NCBI GenBank assembly: GCA_009778425.1
Contig: WRJU01000253.1
Span: 1 to 54,218, forward strand
Origin: Pseudomonadota bacterium
GTDB taxonomy: Bacteria > Pseudomonadota > Gammaproteobacteria > Burkholderiales > Rhodocyclaceae
DNA: 54,218 nucleotides
Direction: 5' to 3'
Part shown: in pieces, positions 49,898 to 54,218 of the stretch
Numbering within the stretch: position 1 is the stretch's first letter
How the letters are laid out: each line of letters begins with the position of its first letter
Position numbers and translations under genes: made by a program
Notes under the pieces: generated by a model
Database searches by the model: none
What the model saw: the letters and a program-made list of their open reading frames with translations, nothing else
What the model was told of the DNA's origin: nothing

Positions 49898-51403
49898 TTA
49901 CATCGACTCGCCCTTCAGCGCGCGCAAATGCCAGTCAAACGCTTCGCCCAATAGGTGCGGGGTTTGCTGGCCGTTTGCGCTCTTTTCGGCGCGCGCAAGG
50001 TAATCCCGGAGGGCGGGGCGGAATTTGGGATCGGCGCATTTTTCAATCACCAGTTTGGCGCGCTGGCGCGGCGCGAGGCCGCGCAGGTCGGCCAAGCCGT
50101 GTTCGGTAACGAGTACCTGTACATCGTGCTCGGTATGGTCGACGTGGGAGACCATCGGCACGATGCAGGAAAGCGCGCCGTTCTTGGCCAGCGACGGGGT
50201 CATGAAGATCGAAAGGTAGGCGTTGCGCGTGAAGTCGCCGGAACCGCCCAGCCCGTTCATCATCCTTGAGCCGAGAACGTGGGTAGAGTTGACGTTGCCG
50301 TAGATGTCGGCTTCGAGCATGCCGTTCATCGTGATGATGCCAAGCCGACGGACGATCTCGGGGTGATTGCTGATTTCTTGCGGGCGCAGGATGATGCACT
50401 TGCGGTAGGCGTCAAGGTTCGCGTTGAAATCTGCCAGGGCGGCCTTGGAGAGCGACACGGCAGTGGCCGAAGCGCAGACCAGTTTGCCGGAGCGGATCAT
50501 GTCGAGCATGCCGTCCTGCAAGACTTCGGTGTAGGCGGTGAGGTTCTCGTAGGGGCCATCGTTCAAGCCCGCCATCACCGCGTTGGCAACGTTACCCACG
50601 CCCGATTGCAGCGGCAACAAATTCGCCGGGATACGCCCCTTGTCGACTTCATACTGGAGGAAATCGAGGATGTGGCCCGCGATGAGGCGCGAGTTTTCGT
50701 CCGGAGCGGAGAATTGGGTGTCGCGGTCGGGACAATTCGTCTCGACCACAGCGACGATCTTGGCGGGATCGACTCTCAGGTAAGGGTCGCCAATACGGTC
50801 GCTGGCCTTGGTGATCGGAATGGGCTGGCGATTCGGCGGCAGGGCGACGGAATAGATGTCGTGCATGCCTTCGAGCCTGGGATTCAGGCCGGCGTTGACT
50901 TCAAGAATCACCCGGTCTGCCAAGTCCAGCCAAGTGGGGTTGTTACCCACCGAGGTCGACGGAACCAGCCGCCCATCTTCGAGGATGGCAACGATTTCGA
51001 TCAGGGCAACGTCGAGCTTGCCGTAATGCCCCCAAGCCGCGTTTTGCGCCGTTTCCGAAAGGTGAACATCCATGTACCAGGCATCACCGCTGTTGATTCG
51101 GTTGCGGCAGTCCGGATCGGACTGGTAGGGCATACGCATGGAAACGCCGTTGACCTTGAAAAGCGCGCCATCGAGTTCGGGCGCGGTGGATGCGCCTGTC
51201 AACAGGCCAACGCGGAAAGTCTCGCCGCGTTCGGTCGCGGCGGCGATCCGTCGGGCGAGCGCCTGCGGGACTTCCTTGGGATGGCCCGAACCGGTGAAAC
51301 CGCTTACGCCGATGTTGTCGCCGGGTTTGATGAAGGTGGCGGCTTCGTCTGCCGACATGATCTTGCCGCGCAAAGCAGCATTGTGGATACGGGATTCGCT
51401 CAT
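49898..51403 (-). CDS. Acetyl-CoA hydrolase/succinate CoA-transferase family protein
   Basis: SGFTGSG.PK, LQSGVGNVANAV, TEVLQDG, MMNGLGGSGDF, SHVDHTEHDV. Confidence 0.92.
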   Translation of the reverse strand: MSESRIHNAALRGKIMSADEAATFIKPGDNIGVSGFTGSGHPKEVPQALARRIAAATERGETFRVGLLTGASTAPELDGALFKVNGVSMRMPYQSDPDCRNRINSGDAWYMDVHLSETAQNAAWGHYGKLDVALIEIVAILEDGRLVPSTSVGNNPTWLDLADRVILEVNAGLNPRLEGMHDIYSVALPPNRQPIPITKASDRIGDPYLRVDPAKIVAVVETNCPDRDTQFSAPDENSRLIAGHILDFLQYEVDKGRIPANLLPLQSGVGNVANAVMAGLNDGPYENLTAYTEVLQDGMLDMIRSGKLVCASATAVSLSKAALADFNANLDAYRKCIILRPQEISNHPEIVRRLGIITMNGMLEADIYGNVNSTHVLGSRMMNGLGGSGDFTRNAYLSIFMTPSLAKNGALSCIVPMVSHVDHTEHDVQVLVTEHGLADLRGLAPRQRAKLVIEKCADPKFRPALRDYLARAEKSANGQQTPHLLGEAFDWHLRALKGESM

Positions 51404-51571
51404 TTTTGTCCTCGTCCAGGGAAAAATGTTGTAAACCTCAAGTCTAGAAAGAGTGCCCGCCAAGCGTCAACGGTAATGCTAGTAGGGGTTTTTGGGCTGT
51501 GCTTTCATGTCATGGTAGGCTGATTGCGCAAAGATACTCTAAGACGGCTTCGCGCGCTTATGTCTGCTCTT

Positions 51572-51853
51572 TTACACGGTAGCCAACGCCCTTACCGCAG
51601 GCTGCTCATGCTTCATTGCTTGCGCCAAATCATAGTTTGCCTGCATCGACAACCATGCCCGTGCCGTGCTGATGCCCGCCATTTCCAGCCGTATCGCCAA
51701 ATTCGGGCTGATTGCCGCATGGCCGTTGAGAACACGCGATAACGCCACCCGAGATATGCCAAGGCGTTCGGCGGCTTCCTTCACGGACAGACCCAACGGA
51801 ACAAGCACATCCTCGCGCAACAATCCACCGGGATGGGGTGGGTTTTTCATCAT
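51572..51853 (-). CDS. higA: HigA-family antitoxin
   Basis: PPHPG.LLREDVL.PLGLS...AA..LGISR..LSR.LNG...IS..LAIRL, WL.MQ.NYDL. Confidence 0.9.
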   Translation of the reverse strand: MMKNPPHPGGLLREDVLVPLGLSVKEAAERLGISRVALSRVLNGHAAISPNLAIRLEMAGISTARAWLSMQANYDLAQAMKHEQPAVRALATV

Positions 51854-51864
51854 GATTTGTTCCC

Positions 51865-52143
51865 TCAATGATAATCCTGATAATCAACCAATTCGACATC
51901 GGTTCCGACAAACCGGAACGTGACACGCCAGTTCCCGTTGACCCATACTGCCCAGTGCCCTTGCAGGTCGCCCTTGAGAGGATGTAGCTTGAATGCCGGG
52001 ATGCTTAGGTCTACGAGACCGGTTGCCACATCCAGCAAACCAAGAATGCGATTGAGTTTCGCTGCATGAGCGGCCTGTATGCCTCGCACCGAGCTGGTGC
52101 GATAGAAAGTTTCAAGACCCTTGTGCCGGAAGCTGACAATCAT
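51865..52143 (-). CDS. higB: HigB/RelE-family toxin
   Basis: MI.SFRHKGL..FY, LHPLKGDL.G.WAV.VNGNWRVTFRF......VDYQDYH. Confidence 0.9.
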   Translation of the reverse strand: MIVSFRHKGLETFYRTSSVRGIQAAHAAKLNRILGLLDVATGLVDLSIPAFKLHPLKGDLQGHWAVWVNGNWRVTFRFVGTDVELVDYQDYH

Positions 52144-52150
52144 GCTACGG

Positions 52151-52179
52151 ATTGTATCGCGTAGCGTTACGCGCCGCAA
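52151..52179 (-). promoter_or_regulatory. higBA promoter with overlapping palindromic operator
   Basis: TTGCGG-N17-TACAAT; imperfect palindrome GTAtCGC-GTA-GCGtTAC at 52154-52170. Confidence 0.65.
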
Positions 52180-52195
52180 TATGACGTCGCAGCAC

Positions 52196-54218
52196 TTACG
52201 CCCGGCGTGTGAAATCTTCCTCCACCACGTCTTCCCGGTGCATTCGCATATTTTTGAACGCCACCGAAAGCATTAACTTGATGCGGTTCAATTGGTTGAC
52301 TTCCGAAGCGCCGGGGTCGTAGTCGATGGCGGTGATGTTGGCGTTCGGGTAGCTTGCTTTCAGCACCTTGATGACGCCTTTTCCGGCAATGTGGTTGGGC
52401 ATACAGGCAAAAGGCTGCATGCAGATGATGTTGGGAACTCCCTGTTCGATGAGTTCCACCATTTCGCCGGTCAAAAACCAGCCTTCCCCGGTTTGGTTGC
52501 CACGCGACAGAAATGGCGCTGCGCCAAAAGCGATTTGGTCGATGGTCGGCGGCGCGACGAACCGCTTGCTTGCGGATAGCGCCTTTCTCATGTCTCGGCG
52601 GTAAAACTCCATCGCCTTGATGGCCGCGTTACCCGCCAGAGCTGCGAACCTGCTGCGTGACATGGCGCGGTAGTTGAAATCGTGGTCGTAGGCGCAGTAG
52701 AGCAGGAAATCCATGAGTCCCGGCATCACGGCTTCGCCGCCTTCCTGTTCGATGATGCGCACGATGTCGTTGTTGGCGCCGGGGTTGAATTTGACGAGAA
52801 TTTCGCCCACCAAGCCAACGCGGGGCTTGCGCTCATTGGAGAGCGGCAAGGTGTCGAAATCCCGCACGATGTCGCGGATGTTGCGCCCGAAATGCCTGAA
52901 ACTGCCCTTGAAAACGGCTTCCTTGCAGCGTTCGACCCAGGTTTTATAAAGAGCGTCCGCCGAACCCGCTTTTCTTTCGTAGGGCCGGGTGCGGAACAGC
53001 ACCTGCATGAACAGGTCGCCATACACCAGCCCCATCATCAAGCGATTGAGCAAGGACAGGTTCAGTTTGAAACCTTCGTGCTTTTCCAGGCCGAGCGTGT
53101 TGAACGAAATGACCGGCACATCGGGAAACCCGGCATCCTGAAGCGCCTTTCTCATGAAACCGATATAGTTGGTCGCGCGACAACCTCCCCCGGTCTGCGC
53201 GATCATCACCGCCGTCTTGGTCGGGTCATGCTCGCCGGATTGCAGCGCCTCGATAATCTGCCCGACGACAATGATAGAGGGATAACAGGCGTCATTGTTG
53301 ACGAAGCGTAGGCCGTGGTCGATGGCCTGTGCCGATACGTCTTCCAGCACCTTCACGCGGTAGCCGCAAGCCCTGAAAGCCGGGTCGATGAACTGGAAAT
53401 GGATCGGCGACATCTGGGGGATGAGAACGGTCGCGTCGGCGCGCATCTCACGGGTAAATACCGGGCGCGGTTTTCTTTGCGGCGGGTGGAAATGGATGAT
53501 TTGCGCGGGCGGGCGGCCACCCCGCTCTTCCAGCGCCGCTTTGAGCGAACGGACGCGGATGCGCGCAGCGCCCAGGTTGCTGCCCTCGTCGATCTTGATG
53601 CCGGTATAAATCCGGCTGCGGCGGATGAGAATTTCATGAACCTGTTCGACCACGATGGAATCCAGCCCGCAGCCGAAAGAATTCAGATGAATCACGTCCA
53701 GCACCGGCTCGTGCGCGGCCAGCGCGGCGGCACGGTAAAGGCGCGCGTGGTAAGTCCATTGGTCGACGACCCGTAGCGGCTCGTCGAGCTTGCCCAGGTG
53801 AGCTACCGAATCTTCGGTGAATACCGCCATGCCGAGCGAAGTGATGAGCTGCGGGATGCCGTGGTGAATGGCCGGGTCGATGTGATAGGGCCGTCCAGCG
53901 AGAACGATGCCATGCTTACCCGTTTCTTTAAGATAATCAATAGCTTCTTCGCCTTTTCGGGCAATTTCAGCTTTCACGCGCACCTGTTCGGCCCATGCGA
54001 GGCCAAGGGCGCGGCGGATTTCAGCGGGCGCAATGTCCGGGAAAACGCGCGTTAGTTGTTGGGCGAGTTTTTTCTCATCCTCCAGCGAAAGAAAAGGCTG
54101 AATCATGGCAACGCCGTTTTCTTTCAGATAGTCGATATTGTTGCGGATCAACTCCGGGTAGGAAGTGACGACCGGGCAGTTGTAATTATTGTCGCAATCG
54201 GCGAATTCCTTTTGTTCA
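52196..54218 (-). CDS. 2-hydroxyacyl-CoA dehydratase/activase-family (DUF2229-containing) protein, C-terminal part
   Basis: NYNCPVVTSYPE at the right edge, LAGRPYH.DP, NSFGCGLD, NNDACYP, QTGGGCRATNY, QPFACMPNH; frame open to the window edge. Confidence 0.85.
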   Translation of the reverse strand, partial: EQKEFADCDNNYNCPVVTSYPELIRNNIDYLKENGVAMIQPFLSLEDEKKLAQQLTRVFPDIAPAEIRRALGLAWAEQVRVKAEIARKGEEAIDYLKETGKHGIVLAGRPYHIDPAIHHGIPQLITSLGMAVFTEDSVAHLGKLDEPLRVVDQWTYHARLYRAAALAAHEPVLDVIHLNSFGCGLDSIVVEQVHEILIRRSRIYTGIKIDEGSNLGAARIRVRSLKAALEERGGRPPAQIIHFHPPQRKPRPVFTREMRADATVLIPQMSPIHFQFIDPAFRACGYRVKVLEDVSAQAIDHGLRFVNNDACYPSIIVVGQIIEALQSGEHDPTKTAVMIAQTGGGCRATNYIGFMRKALQDAGFPDVPVISFNTLGLEKHEGFKLNLSLLNRLMMGLVYGDLFMQVLFRTRPYERKAGSADALYKTWVERCKEAVFKGSFRHFGRNIRDIVRDFDTLPLSNERKPRVGLVGEILVKFNPGANNDIVRIIEQEGGEAVMPGLMDFLLYCAYDHDFNYRAMSRSRFAALAGNAAIKAMEFYRRDMRKALSASKRFVAPPTIDQIAFGAAPFLSRGNQTGEGWFLTGEMVELIEQGVPNIICMQPFACMPNHIAGKGVIKVLKASYPNANITAIDYDPGASEVNQLNRIKLMLSVAFKNMRMHREDVVEEDFTRRA

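Overview
About 43.5 kb of the window (1 to ~43,510, running off the left edge) is one end of a PFGI-1/ICEclc-class integrative conjugative element (ICE) inserted at the 3' end of a tRNA-Gly(GCC) gene. Reading leftwards from the tRNA on the minus strand, it carries a long P4-type integrase, then alpA, parA, a small ORF, parB (BisD-like), two DUF2857 genes, an STY4528-like rep gene, an InrR-like gene and DUF3158. Next comes a run of small accessory genes, most preceded by a conserved hairpin/U-tract/RBS element. This run includes a C5 methyltransferase with an overprinted second frame, a PAPS-reductase-like gene, DUF3577, DUF3275, a SAM methyltransferase and an SNF2-like helicase. It is followed by pilL, traD and the start of the T4SS operon. 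Two cargo hotspots hold defence-like genes: (i) a GHKL/sacsin-like + DUF3883 protein divergent from an operon of UvrD-Fe-S nuclease, type III-like Mod, Res and DUF2971, and (ii) a DprA + PRTase pair. The rightmost ~10.7 kb is ordinary, probably betaproteobacterial, chromosome (ankyrin, tatD, pilZ, holB, tmk, mltG, ygfZ, lipoprotein, CoA-transferase, higBA, dehydratase-activase). The most interesting items are a duplicated ~175-nt structured leader heading operons punctuated by terminator-like hairpins, the two-frame C5 MTase, the helicase-nuclease-coupled type III-like locus, and an origin-like structure (DnaA box, iterons, AT-rich stretch) inside the rep gene. Family assignments come from recognising motifs by eye; no database search was run.
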